A DNA stretch of 64,000 nt from an archaeon (GTDB lineage: Archaea > Iainarchaeota > Iainarchaeia > Iainarchaeales > Iainarchaeaceae). The translations under genes were made by a program, and so were the position numbers. Numbering within the stretch: position 1 is the first letter of the stretch; each line of letters opens with the position of its first letter. This document shows positions 17,865 through 28,043 of this stretch, one piece after another. The notes under the pieces were generated by a model. The model worked only from the letters and a program-made list of their open reading frames with translations. It had not been told where the DNA came from and ran no database searches. The DNA is taken from positions 1 through 64,000 of the forward strand of contig DATDXA010000031.1 in assembly GCA_035289485.1 (NCBI GenBank). Reading direction: 5' to 3'.

Positions 17865-19372
17865 AGGTCACCAAACTTCCCGTCCTTGCGGACGATTTTC
17901 ATCAATTCATCCTTGCCAAGATAATATTTCGCCATCACGGTTCCAACTTCCTGAACATTATGAATGTCCTTTTTCACAAGCCAATCAAGCGCCTGCTTCT
18001 TGTCCTTTAGATCCTCTTCAATTTCGCTATATGTAAGCCCTGTGTGCATTGAGAGTTCATCAAAGAGCCTGATGCTCTCCGCATCCTTTGCAATCACATC
18101 CCCTCCCGCTCTCCACCTATAGAGCGTATTGGCCTTGAGCGTTTCCTCATTTCCCCTCTTCTCAGGAATAAATTCCGCAACTTCAAGCACCCTTCTAACC
18201 CCGAGCCTTCTGTTTCTAAACATCACAACATTTAGGTGCACAGTATCAAGTACTGTTGGAGGAATATCAATTGGCGGGTTTGTGAACCTTCTGATGGTTT
18301 CCTCAGCCGTGTTTGCATGGAACGTAGTGTAGACACTGTGCCCTGTGTGCATTGCCTCAAACATCACTTCTGCTTCCGCTCTTCTTCTTGTTTCACCGAC
18401 AATTATTCTATCCGGCCTTTGCCTAAGCGAATTTACAAGAAGATCAAGCATGGTTACTCCGCCCTTTCCTTCGGCATTAGGTTCGCGCGTTGTCATCGGG
18501 ACCCAGTGCAAAAACTCAGGGAGCAAAAGCTCTCTTGTGTCCTCAATTGTAATTATCCTGTGGTTTGGCTGCATGAAAGGCAAGCAGACGTTCATAAAGC
18601 TCGTCTTTCCAGAAGCGGTTCCCCCGGAAAGTATCATGTTTAGTTCGTACTGGATGCACATCCACACAAGTGCCATCACTTCCGAGTTCGTTGTGCTGTT
18701 CCTTATCATATCCGTAACTGTCCAAGGGTCACGCCTGAACCTTCTGATTGTGATGGTGTTTCCCTTGCCGCTTATTGGAAAAAGCGTCGCATTCGCACGG
18801 TCTCCCGTAACAAGGTGCGTATCAAGCAGCGGATTGAGAATTGTGATTTGCTTTCCTCCGCGCCTTGCAATGATGTTTGCATAGTTCTGCACCTGCTCTT
18901 CATTGTCCATCATCACGTTCGTGCGAAGCCAGCCGTGCTCCTTGTGATAAACCCACACAGGTTCCTCGGCATTGTTCACAACAATTTCCTCAAGATTTCC
19001 ATCCGCAAGAAGTATCTCTATTTTGCCAAGGCCGAGCATTTCATTTAGTAGAATTCCTATGAGCGAATTTTTCGTGTAGTCATCAATCGTTACAAGCTCT
19101 TTTTTTATTATGGCATCGGCCCTTTGCCTGAACTGGTCCTTGAGATAGTCAATAAACTTTGGGTCAAGGAACTTGTCTGCCTTAATGCTCGTGTCCATTA
19201 TTATTTCCTGCTTTAGCTGGTCGAGAAGCGCTTTTGTCCCTTCACCGTATTCCGGGATATCAAGAAGGTAGCTCTTTACAAATTCGCCTTTCCTGTAAAC
19301 GATTTTCACATCAAAGTTTATCCCTTCGGAATCTATCTCGTATTGCTTTAGCAAACTGTCGGCCAAATTCAT
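17861..19372 (-). CDS. Type IV pilus assembly ATPase (VirB11/CpaF/TadA family)
   Basis: GGTASGKT, IEDTREL, LRQRPDRIIVGE and HTGH...TFHA motifs. Confidence 0.95.
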   Translation of the reverse strand: MNLADSLLKQYEIDSEGINFDVKIVYRKGEFVKSYLLDIPEYGEGTKALLDQLKQEIIMDTSIKADKFLDPKFIDYLKDQFRQRADAIIKKELVTIDDYTKNSLIGILLNEMLGLGKIEILLADGNLEEIVVNNAEEPVWVYHKEHGWLRTNVMMDNEEQVQNYANIIARRGGKQITILNPLLDTHLVTGDRANATLFPISGKGNTITIRRFRRDPWTVTDMIRNSTTNSEVMALVWMCIQYELNMILSGGTASGKTSFMNVCLPFMQPNHRIITIEDTRELLLPEFLHWVPMTTREPNAEGKGGVTMLDLLVNSLRQRPDRIIVGETRRRAEAEVMFEAMHTGHSVYTTFHANTAEETIRRFTNPPIDIPPTVLDTVHLNVVMFRNRRLGVRRVLEVAEFIPEKRGNEETLKANTLYRWRAGGDVIAKDAESIRLFDELSMHTGLTYSEIEEDLKDKKQALDWLVKKDIHNVQEVGTVMAKYYLGKDELMKIVRKDGKFGDL

Positions 19373-20799
19373 CCCCCCTTCTTTGCAGCGCCCTTTGCGC
19401 CCGCCTTCTTGAGCTTTTCAAGTATAACCCTGTCCTTGTAATCCATCGACTGCGCCATAGGCTCCCCGATAGCCGGGTAAACGACTTCTATAAGCCCCTT
19501 GTCGCGCAGGATGGCGCAGCAATCCTCCACTTTGCGCATTGGAAGTTTTAGTGATTTTGCAATCTGCCCAAGCCCCACGCGCCCCTGCTGCTTTATGATT
19601 GAATAAACGCCGTCGAATTCCGTGACAAGCTGGTGCTTTTTTATTTCAGCGGCAATGCCAACCACTTCGGCCTTCTGCTTAACTGATTCCGTGACGGGAA
19701 TTGCGGTTTTTATTTTATGCGCCGTTGCCGCGCTGATATTCGCCTTCTTTTCAAGTTCCATAAGGCTAACAAGCCTGTCAATTGAATTGAGCACATCCTG
19801 CGTGCTCGCTCCATCAAGCCTCTTTTCAACTTCGCTTTGCGGGATGCTGTATTTTTGCATCACATTGTTCACCTTCGATTCTATTTCCGAGAGCTTTCCC
19901 GCGTCAATATTGCCGCCTGCCTTGTGCGCGAGAAACGCGGCCAGGCTATCCTGATTTTCTGAAAGTGCAGGGGAGCCATTTGCAACAGTTTTCTTGGTTG
20001 AAATCGCCTGCGGGCTTGCCATTGCGGGTTTTGCCGCAGGCTTTGGCACTGCCTGCAAGGGCTTTGGCTGCGGCGATGGCTTTGCTGCCTGCTGCAAAGG
20101 TTGCTCGCGAGCAGGCGCCTGCATCTGTTGTGCAGGGGGCGCTTTGGCTTGCTGTGCCGGCTGCGCGCTTTGCTGCATAGCGGCAACCGGTTGCTGTGCC
20201 TGCGTGCTTTGCGCGGGCTGCATTTGCTGCTGCGCCGCCTGCATCGGATTTTGCGCAAAAACCAAAACTCCAGGTTCAACTAGCGGCCTGCGCCGGGCTG
20301 CGCTTGCGCGTCCGGATGCGGCAGAACTCCTCTTGCGCCGTAGTGCGCTTTTCCCCGCATGTGTTTTTTTTCCGCCCCTCTTTTTCGCTGCCCTGCGTTG
20401 ACGTGTGGGTTTTCTGCGGCCGCCGCCTGCAGTTCTTTGTGCCCGTACAATCACCGCAGGCTGAATGGTAACTGGGCCGGTGGAAAAATTCTGTGCAGCA
20501 GGCTGCTGAGAATATTGCGGGGCAATCATTTGCTGTGGCGCACTTGCTTGAAGCGGTGATTGCGTCTGCTGCTTTTGTCTAGCTGCTGCCTGTTGCTGCC
20601 TGATTGCATTTTGCGCCTGCTGCGCTGCCTGCTGTGCGGCCTTTTCTGCCGCTTGCTGTGCCGCCTTTTGCGCCGCTTGCTGCGTCATTTTCTCCTTGTC
20701 TTCCCACTGCTTTAGGGTCTCTTGCGCCCCATTTTCCGCGCTTTTTGGCTTTTTGCGAAATATATTGCCAATTGCCTCAAAGATGCCTGTGCCAGACAT
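19369..20799 (-). CDS. Gln/Ala/Pro-rich low-complexity protein with C-terminal winged-helix-like domain
   Basis: QQAAQ repeats, an Arg/Lys patch, and VGLGQIAKSLKL...LRDKGLIEVVYP; 4-nt overlap with the ATPase. Confidence 0.7.
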   Translation of the reverse strand: MSGTGIFEAIGNIFRKKPKSAENGAQETLKQWEDKEKMTQQAAQKAAQQAAEKAAQQAAQQAQNAIRQQQAAARQKQQTQSPLQASAPQQMIAPQYSQQPAAQNFSTGPVTIQPAVIVRAQRTAGGGRRKPTRQRRAAKKRGGKKTHAGKSALRRKRSSAASGRASAARRRPLVEPGVLVFAQNPMQAAQQQMQPAQSTQAQQPVAAMQQSAQPAQQAKAPPAQQMQAPAREQPLQQAAKPSPQPKPLQAVPKPAAKPAMASPQAISTKKTVANGSPALSENQDSLAAFLAHKAGGNIDAGKLSEIESKVNNVMQKYSIPQSEVEKRLDGASTQDVLNSIDRLVSLMELEKKANISAATAHKIKTAIPVTESVKQKAEVVGIAAEIKKHQLVTEFDGVYSIIKQQGRVGLGQIAKSLKLPMRKVEDCCAILRDKGLIEVVYPAIGEPMAQSMDYKDRVILEKLKKAGAKGAAKKGG

Positions 20800-20863
20800 A
20801 GAAACCAGTTAATTCAACGCATTTTGAATTTAAAGCTTTACCGATTGAAATACCCAAAACTTG

Positions 20864-21979
20864 CTACCCTATACTAACCTGTTTTACATTGCCATATGCA
20901 CTTTCATTGCCAAATGCATCAACCGCTGTCATCACAAAGAAATGTGTGCCTTTGCTAAGATCATGCACAACCGCGGTCGTCTCATCAGCGCCAAAGCGCC
21001 GCATTTCCATATAGCTTATGAATGCGGCCGAAACTTCAGAGCTCTTATAAAGCCTGTATGAATCAGCCCCCTCAACAGTGTCCCACTCAAGTACGACATC
21101 GTTCCCTTCCGCAAATGCGCCGGTAATTGACGGGGCGGAAGGGGGCTCTAGGCTCTGGGCCACATGCACAGTGCCAGCGCCGAAAGATGCCCCGACCTGT
21201 TTTCCTGTGCTGCGCGCAAAAATGTTCAGGTTGTAATCATATGTCCCTTCTGAAAGGGAGATTCCGGAAAAATAGAAATCCAGCGTGCTTCCTGCTCTCA
21301 TTGCAACCGCCTCAAACTCCTTGGTGAACTTTTTATCATCGACAATGAGCTCTGCGCTGTATGCCGCCCCCGCAGAAACATCCGAGCTTACAATCCCGCT
21401 AACGTGAACGGAAAATTTCCTGCCAGCCTGGATCTTTTCAGGGAATGATGCCTCTATGCCGGAAATAAGTGCCGGTTCTGGCACGCATCCGCTGCTCACG
21501 CAATAATAGCCCTGATTGCAGCCGCACACCGTGCAGTTGCCCACAAGCGATTTGCCATCGCAATAAAGCGGCTTTCCGGATGCAGAACATGCCCCCTGCG
21601 CAGTTCCATCAAGGCACCCGCCTTTTTCAGAATGCACCTCTATCCTTTTTCTGCTGGCTTCTCGGGAAATGCCGCCCTTCACAAGGCTAACCTTCAGGTA
21701 ATATGCGCCCTCTTTGGGCGTAAAGGAAAATGACGCGGAGCATTCCTGCAGCGTACAGTCCGCCGACTGTTTTTCCGCCCCCAAAATCGCCTCGACTTTC
21801 CCCCCCGCCATCCCCAAAGCGCTCACAGAGACCTCGAGCCTGGTTCCACTTGCAATGCTTTCGCTGTTCACGGAAATTTTTGCGCTCGGAACGGCTTCAT
21901 CTGGGGCAGTGCCGCACCCTGCCAAAGCCGCAATAGAAACGAGGATCGCGAGGGCAAATATATTTTTCATCCGCCCCAC
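20864..21979 (-). CDS. Putative lipoprotein with Cys-rich segment and C-terminal fibronectin type III domain
   Basis: ALAGC lipobox; VVLEWD..GADSYRLY and FVMTAVDAFGNES. Confidence 0.8.
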   Translation of the reverse strand: MGRMKNIFALAILVSIAALAGCGTAPDEAVPSAKISVNSESIASGTRLEVSVSALGMAGGKVEAILGAEKQSADCTLQECSASFSFTPKEGAYYLKVSLVKGGISREASRKRIEVHSEKGGCLDGTAQGACSASGKPLYCDGKSLVGNCTVCGCNQGYYCVSSGCVPEPALISGIEASFPEKIQAGRKFSVHVSGIVSSDVSAGAAYSAELIVDDKKFTKEFEAVAMRAGSTLDFYFSGISLSEGTYDYNLNIFARSTGKQVGASFGAGTVHVAQSLEPPSAPSITGAFAEGNDVVLEWDTVEGADSYRLYKSSEVSAAFISYMEMRRFGADETTAVVHDLSKGTHFFVMTAVDAFGNESAYGNVKQVSIG

Positions 21980-22935
21980 CTTGCAGAGCCGAAGGTATCG
22001 TCGGCTACCTGGATGTTGACATCGCTAAACCCAAAAGACCTTATTTCCGAATTGAAATCCATGACAACAGCCATGTCCGCCTTTGTTCCGGAATGGCTTA
22101 TCAGTGTGCTCGTGGAAAAGTTTATGTCTATCGGGTCTGATGTGCAAAGCGCCCCAAAGCACGTTAGCAAAACCCTGTTCTGCTGCGCAGGGTCATAATG
22201 GCCGCGGACCTTATTTTGCACAAGCGAGCAATCGGGGCAATCAGCGCCATCAAATGCAATGCTGATATATGGCATCCCGCTTGCTGCATTGAAATCCAGG
22301 TCAGGGCAGGAATTGGCGCCATTGAACGTGCATGCAAGGGAATTAAAATCATGGGCCGTTGAGAGCGATATGTTAATGTCCTGCCTCACAAGTGCGGCAT
22401 ATTGGCCAGCGACGCATGGGAATGCAAAAGAAACGCCGTTTGCATCCGTTATGGAATATTCCATGCATTGCGGCTGCACTGTGAAGGAAACATTCCTGTC
22501 GCTGCCGCCCCATTCGGGCGGCTCAAGGGTGTTTATATCCGCCCTCATGGAATCGAATTCATTTTGGTAATTGGTGTCCTCTAGAAAAACCCCGAATGCG
22601 TTCAGCGTCTCAAGGTAGTTTTCAACCTTTTTGCCGAGCACGGGAATCTCAGACGAAATTGTTATCCTATTGCCATCTATGCCGTATGCAAAGGGCAGTA
22701 TCCTAGAGTCCACCGCATTCTCCGCCTCGTTTGCCGAAAGGTCCGATATATTCTTGTTTATATTTGTGTACCTGTCCGATACGCGCCTGAATGCATAGCT
22801 CTCAGACAGGCCTTCGCCATAAGACTCCCGGCTGCTTTCAGAGGCGCTATGCAGCGAGAGCAGGGCGCTTAGCAGGATAAAAACCATAAGCGAAAACAGC
22901 AGCCCCTTTCTTCTAGCCATCCCTATTGCCTCCAC
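21967..22935 (-). CDS. Pilin-like protein (class III-like signal peptide)
   Basis: RRKG/LLFSLMVFILL; lies in the pilus operon. Confidence 0.7.
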   Translation of the reverse strand: MEAIGMARRKGLLFSLMVFILLSALLSLHSASESSRESYGEGLSESYAFRRVSDRYTNINKNISDLSANEAENAVDSRILPFAYGIDGNRITISSEIPVLGKKVENYLETLNAFGVFLEDTNYQNEFDSMRADINTLEPPEWGGSDRNVSFTVQPQCMEYSITDANGVSFAFPCVAGQYAALVRQDINISLSTAHDFNSLACTFNGANSCPDLDFNAASGMPYISIAFDGADCPDCSLVQNKVRGHYDPAQQNRVLLTCFGALCTSDPIDINFSTSTLISHSGTKADMAVVMDFNSEIRSFGFSDVNIQVADDTFGSARWGG

Positions 22936-25751
22936 ACAGAATATTCAACAACGTAAACCTGCGTTTCCGGGCCACCATAACAATTCACTCCCACAATATT
23001 TCCAATCGGGCACTCGCTAATGGAATTGCTGTCGTTAAGCGTCACATAAATCACGCCTTCCGCATTCAGGTTGATGGACGGGAATTCCTGCTCAAAGGCG
23101 GTGCACGCAGAGGTTAGCTGCGAGCACAGCGGCTCGACAGTTCGCGTCTCCAAAATCTGGCCGTTGGTGTCGCTTAGGCGTATGTCCATCTGGGTGGCGT
23201 TGGCGTCCAGTTCCCCGACGTTCTGCACTAATATGTCAAGAGTTAGGTCGTTCTTTCCCACAATGGTTCCGCCAAGCACGGAGACACTGAGATCCCTTGA
23301 TTTGAAAGGCAATGTAACCGAGTCATTGAAGTCAACATTATTGTAATTCCCGTCGTTGTCGACATAGCTAAAGCTTGTCCCTGGCCCCGGGAAAGTGAAT
23401 GCGCTCGCGCCGCAAATTGCAAGGCTGTCGCAGGGGAAATTCAGCACATAAGTTGTCGAGAAAGGGGAACTTTTGCTGATGGTTCCCGCATCGAATACAA
23501 GATTTCCATCAACAACGCTTGCATTCCCGTCATCGACAACAACCGCGCCGGTAAAAACAGGCACCGTGACATTGGAATCGTTTGCTATTTCCGAAACCTT
23601 AAGGGCAATCAGCGCGAACACGCTCTGAAGCGCATTCAGGTCGGATGCGAAATAATATTCCCCACCCGTTGCATCCGCAACATCCTGGAGCTCGGTTGGG
23701 TTCACATCCCCGCCAAAGCCGATTGTGTAGATTGTTATGCCGCTTGCGGCAGCAGTGTTTGCCGCAGAGATTGTCTGGGCATAGGAGTTTGAAACGCCGT
23801 CGGTTAGCAGCACTTGGAACTTTATCGCGCTTGGGTTGTGATTAGGCCCGTTAAGCTCCGAAGTCGCATTGTTTATCCCGCTTGCCGTGTTTGTGCCGCC
23901 CGATGCTACAAGGGTTGCTATTTCCGCCTTCACGCCGCTTATGTCCGTGCCAAGTGGCTCTTCAAGGGTGTTGGAATCGCTGTAAGAGACAAGCCCTATC
24001 TGGTCTGGCGGAACCTGCCATGAATTGAAGTCAACAAACCCAGTTGCGGCAATCCTTGACTGGTCCATCTTCGGGCCGTTGTAGATATTGAAAGTCACAA
24101 TTCCCGTGCTATACCCGGGGACCATGAAAGCCCAGTCATTGCCGATGTCAATGTCCCTATAATCAAAAGGAGTCGCATAGCTTTTTGCAAACGCGGGGCT
24201 TGAAGGATTCGTGACCGTTATTGCCTGCAGGCTTGAGTCATCCGCAACATACACATTTCCATCAGTGTAAACCATGGCGCCATAAGCAGTTCCCGGAGTA
24301 TTGTAGGTGGCAAGCAGTGAGGGAGAACTGCCATTTGAAACATCCACGGTGCTCATTCCAGTTCCTGCCCTTGTTACATATGCTGTGTTGCCGTCCACAG
24401 AAACATTGTTCGCATTTGCCAGGTTCACATGGCCAGCATGCTGTGGGCTGCTCTTGTTGCTCACATCAACAATATAGAGTCCCGGATCGTTTCCAGAGCC
24501 TGTCCTGTCGCCGACCACATACACAAAATTGCCATCGCCAAATACGCTTGATACTGTCTCAAATGAGATGCTGGAAACCTGCGAAGGGTTTGAAGGCGTT
24601 GAAATGTCGTAGATGTATATCTCATCAGTGCTGGAAGTGTCTGCGGCATAAATGTAGTTTCCATACCCGTGCACATCAACGATGGTTCCCTGGTCATCAA
24701 CATCCACGCTTGAGGGGCCAGATGGGTTTGTAACATTGACATCGCGCAGCCCCGAGCCGCTGTCTGCAACATACGCATAGCTCCCCAAAACATAAACCGA
24801 CACCGCCGTCCCCGGGCTATTGTAAGTTCCGGTCAGCGTTGGGTTGTTGGGCGTTGAAACATCCACTACCCTAAGGCCAGCAGAGCCATCGGCCACATAG
24901 GCATACCCACCCAACACCCGTATGTCATTTCCTGCCGTGAGGTCAAGCTGCCCATCCCAGCTCATGGAGCCTGAGCGGTCCAGAACAAGCATTAGGTCAA
25001 TTGGCCTGCGGAAATCCTCTGGCACTGAAATGTTCAGGCCTATTGTGATGTTTTGGTCGCAGGTGACCGCATCATTTGGAATGGCATTCACGTCGAATGT
25101 TATGTTAAGGTCGCCCGCATCAAAATAGGCCTCGCTAAACGCTGCATCCGCGGCATTTTCTTCGCTGAAATATTTCGCTGGCGGCTCTTGCGGCCCCGAA
25201 AAAGACGCGTATGAAATATTGCAGTCCCCCGGCGGCTGCTTTCTTAGGAAATAACTCTTCCCATTAATGCGCTCTGCGCCCGCTGCCAATCCCGCGCTCC
25301 CTTCAATCACATTTGAATCAGGGAAACATGCCGCGAAATTCTTTTGTGATGCGCACTGAACCGGGTTTATAATGTATGATTTGACCGTGACATTCGCATC
25401 AAAGCCATCCGGAAGGTATGACAATATCTGTCCCCTTATGAGGGCTGCCGATTGCGTTGGCGAGTTGGAGTCAATTGTCTGCACAATATAGCCGCTGTTC
25501 TCAAGCGAGAAAAAAACGTCCCTCACTATAGCCGTTGATTGCGATGGGTTTACCGGCTCGTGCGTGTTGGTTGCGGCAAAGAGGAAAAGCGCGGTTATCA
25601 CCATCACAACTGCGACCGCTGCATCGACCGAAAATGCGAAGCCGCGCTCGGATTTAACAGGCAAAAATCCCTGCGCGTGGCTTTGCTGCGCCAGCCACAC
25701 TTGTAAATCCTGCACATTTTCAGTGCAATCTGTAGAGCATGAGCGTGACAA
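22923..25751 (-). CDS. Large minor pilin/adhesin with vWA domain, LVIVD repeats and CARDB-like domain (true start probably near 25664-25715)
   Basis: ERG/FAFSVDA signal; LVLDRSGS, GGTNT and LLTDG MIDAS motifs; repeated YAYVADGSAGLRVVDVS.P..P. Confidence 0.88.
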   Translation of the reverse strand: MSRSCSTDCTENVQDLQVWLAQQSHAQGFLPVKSERGFAFSVDAAVAVVMVITALFLFAATNTHEPVNPSQSTAIVRDVFFSLENSGYIVQTIDSNSPTQSAALIRGQILSYLPDGFDANVTVKSYIINPVQCASQKNFAACFPDSNVIEGSAGLAAGAERINGKSYFLRKQPPGDCNISYASFSGPQEPPAKYFSEENAADAAFSEAYFDAGDLNITFDVNAIPNDAVTCDQNITIGLNISVPEDFRRPIDLMLVLDRSGSMSWDGQLDLTAGNDIRVLGGYAYVADGSAGLRVVDVSTPNNPTLTGTYNSPGTAVSVYVLGSYAYVADSGSGLRDVNVTNPSGPSSVDVDDQGTIVDVHGYGNYIYAADTSSTDEIYIYDISTPSNPSQVSSISFETVSSVFGDGNFVYVVGDRTGSGNDPGLYIVDVSNKSSPQHAGHVNLANANNVSVDGNTAYVTRAGTGMSTVDVSNGSSPSLLATYNTPGTAYGAMVYTDGNVYVADDSSLQAITVTNPSSPAFAKSYATPFDYRDIDIGNDWAFMVPGYSTGIVTFNIYNGPKMDQSRIAATGFVDFNSWQVPPDQIGLVSYSDSNTLEEPLGTDISGVKAEIATLVASGGTNTASGINNATSELNGPNHNPSAIKFQVLLTDGVSNSYAQTISAANTAAASGITIYTIGFGGDVNPTELQDVADATGGEYYFASDLNALQSVFALIALKVSEIANDSNVTVPVFTGAVVVDDGNASVVDGNLVFDAGTISKSSPFSTTYVLNFPCDSLAICGASAFTFPGPGTSFSYVDNDGNYNNVDFNDSVTLPFKSRDLSVSVLGGTIVGKNDLTLDILVQNVGELDANATQMDIRLSDTNGQILETRTVEPLCSQLTSACTAFEQEFPSINLNAEGVIYVTLNDSNSISECPIGNIVGVNCYGGPETQVYVVEYSVWRQ

Positions 25752-26214
25752 TAGCTATCCCCCCATTGTAAGTGACAATTCTTTGCGCTATGACCCTGTC
25801 TGCATCCCCTCCGGGAGGAAGCCCGGCACTTGCATTTACATTGCCTTCAAAGGTGAAATAAAAATCCGTCTCACCCACGCCTATTTTTTCCTTGAGCTCA
25901 TCATAGCTCCCGGAAAAGTTTACAAAAGAAGTGAGTTTCTGCTCGGAAATATCCCTGTCAGCATAAGCCAATCCTATGGAATTCACATCCGCGGCGCCCA
26001 ATGCTTCCCAATTCGACGGCGACCCCTGCGTTTTTACAAGCGTCTCAAGCGCATAATCAGCCTTCAGGTGCATCGAATCAATTTCGCTAGCCTTCAGCGA
26101 ATCAGAAAACTGGCTGTTGAATTCCGTGCTTATGAAAATCCACATTATTATGAATAGCATGAGTGCTATGGAAAAATCGACAATAAGTGCCTGGCCTTTG
26201 CTAAACATTTTCAA
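25720..26214 (-). CDS. Minor pilin-like protein
   Basis: SKG/QALIVDFSIALMLF; QGSPSNW motif. Confidence 0.8.
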   Translation of the reverse strand: MKMFSKGQALIVDFSIALMLFIIMWIFISTEFNSQFSDSLKASEIDSMHLKADYALETLVKTQGSPSNWEALGAADVNSIGLAYADRDISEQKLTSFVNFSGSYDELKEKIGVGETDFYFTFEGNVNASAGLPPGGDADRVIAQRIVTYNGGIAIVTLMLYRLH

Positions 26215-26560
26215 TAGAAACCACCCCAGACACTTTGCTCACACGCACATTCCCCGCCAAAATTTGCACAGAAATATTCTCGCCCCTAAAGTAGCAGAAT
26301 TGCTCCCCAAAGCTTATGGTGTTGCCATAAACATTTGCATCACTTCCGATGTTAGTTTCAATTTGCGCATTGCCTGGCACGGTTTTCACAAGCTCTAGCG
26401 CCGAAACCAGCTTTGCGCAGTCCCCTCCCTGCACGCCCCCCTTTTTCAGAAAACTCACCTGGCTGCCCATATAATCACTTGTGAAAAGCACCGCGACCAT
26501 GAAAAAAATAAGGATAACGACAGCGGATATTGCCTCAACGGAAACCTGCCCGCTAGCCAA
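26201..26560 (-). CDS. Minor pilin-like protein
   Basis: SG/QVSVEAISAVVILIFF. Confidence 0.75.
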   Translation of the reverse strand: MASGQVSVEAISAVVILIFFMVAVLFTSDYMGSQVSFLKKGGVQGGDCAKLVSALELVKTVPGNAQIETNIGSDANVYGNTISFGEQFCYFRGENISVQILAGNVRVSKVSGVVSIENV

Positions 26561-26972
26561 CTTCCGTCACCACCACATTGCCATCCGAAAATGCGGCGCT
26601 AAAAGACCTTCTCCCGGCTCCGGTTATCAGCGAAGCCGGAGTAAGGCTAGGCCGCGCATATGCCGTGATATCTGAAATCCCGTTACCGAGATCTATGCTC
26701 ATGCTGACAGAATTTTCTGCAAGTGTTATGGCCTGCACCCCATTAGGGATATCCGCCTCAAAAATGACCGCGCTTCCTTCGCCAAGCGACGCTACAAGGT
26801 CTGCATTGTTCGCCACTTTTTCAACAAAGCCCTGCGCCTTTGTGAATTGCGAATTCGCATTGAATGAAAAAAGCGCAAATCCGAAAATAATCCCCGCGAC
26901 CACGAGCATGAAAGCCGTAATCACAAGGTACTCCATAGAAACCTGCGCCCTAGTTTTCATAACAATCAACAT
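26553..26972 (-). CDS. Minor pilin-like protein
   Basis: TRA/QVSMEYLVITAF. Confidence 0.82.
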   Translation of the reverse strand: MLIVMKTRAQVSMEYLVITAFMLVVAGIIFGFALFSFNANSQFTKAQGFVEKVANNADLVASLGEGSAVIFEADIPNGVQAITLAENSVSMSIDLGNGISDITAYARPSLTPASLITGAGRRSFSAAFSDGNVVVTEVG

Positions 26973-27161
26973 TTTATCACAGCCGAAAGCCGGTGCTTTT
27001 CATGATTACCAATAATGCGGCTGATTCATATAAAGGTTTCTTCATAACTTCTCCAAAAGCTCCGCCAAAGCCCCAAATCCAACAAATAGGCATATCTTGC
27101 GGTTTTTTGGCTTTTTGGAAAGGTTTTTAGGGTTTTGCAGGGTAATTATGTATAGGTTTCT

Positions 27162-28040
27162 ATGGCGCTTCGCACCGCGCAAAAACAAGGGCTAAACAAG
27201 ACCACCGCAGAGAAGGAGCTGCTCCGCACAATAAGCGCCCTTGAAGAAAGCCTCTTTTTAGAAAACGATCCTGCTCGCAAGCAGGCTATTTTTTCACAGT
27301 TAAGTGAACTCAAGGGCAATCTCTCCGGGCTAGGTGGCAAATCCTACGCCGGAATAAAGCTTGAGAATGTCATGCTCAAAAAGGACATTGAAAACCTAAA
27401 GCGCGGGGCCACCATGCAAAAAAGTGCGGAAGGCCAAACACAGCTGACCGCCACGCACTCTGATTTGCTGCTCCGTTTTTGCAAAATCATTATTTCGCGC
27501 TACAGCGCGCTGATAAATGAACGTGAGGAAAAAACCGTCGGGGACATAAAGGCGCTCATCACAAAAGATGACCTCACTGTGCAGTCCCTTGCCGAAACTT
27601 TCAAGCAGGCAAATTACACTTTCGAAAACCACTACTACCAGGCCGCGGAAAAGGCGTACAATTATGTCAAGGATGAAATATCGCACGTTGATTCGGATTT
27701 GAACATTTCATTCTGGCTAACTCCAAAAGAAATCGTTTCGGAAAAAATCGGCGATGATGAGGACCTTGCGGTGTTCCTGTGCTCCATTCTGTACGCTCTT
27801 GGGGATGAAAAAGCCGAATGCATAATAGCAGAGCTTGAAAACTCCACAACGCACGCTTTCGTGATGACAGAATTTGCAGGGAGCACGCTGCTCCTTGACC
27901 CTGTGCAGAAAGTCGATTTCCGGGAATATTACGCAAACAAAAAAGAAATTCTGGAAAAATATTCATTCGGCGGCTCTAAAATAAAGCGCTTTGCATACCG
28001 CTTCAACCGCGAGAACTACGAGCAATTCCAAAATCAGTGA
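27162..28040 (+). CDS. Transglutaminase-like domain protein with catalytic Cys replaced by Asp
   Basis: FWLTPKE, GDDEDLAVFLCSIL, THAF and LLDP motifs. Confidence 0.75.
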   Translation: MALRTAQKQGLNKTTAEKELLRTISALEESLFLENDPARKQAIFSQLSELKGNLSGLGGKSYAGIKLENVMLKKDIENLKRGATMQKSAEGQTQLTATHSDLLLRFCKIIISRYSALINEREEKTVGDIKALITKDDLTVQSLAETFKQANYTFENHYYQAAEKAYNYVKDEISHVDSDLNISFWLTPKEIVSEKIGDDEDLAVFLCSILYALGDEKAECIIAELENSTTHAFVMTEFAGSTLLLDPVQKVDFREYYANKKEILEKYSFGGSKIKRFAYRFNRENYEQFQNQ

Positions 28041-28043
28041 TTT

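Noticed and set aside
15979..19372. Archaellum or conjugative T4SS
   Set aside because: No archaellin, ArlF/G, VirB4 or relaxase; two TadB/C-like genes plus pilins indicate a type IV pilus
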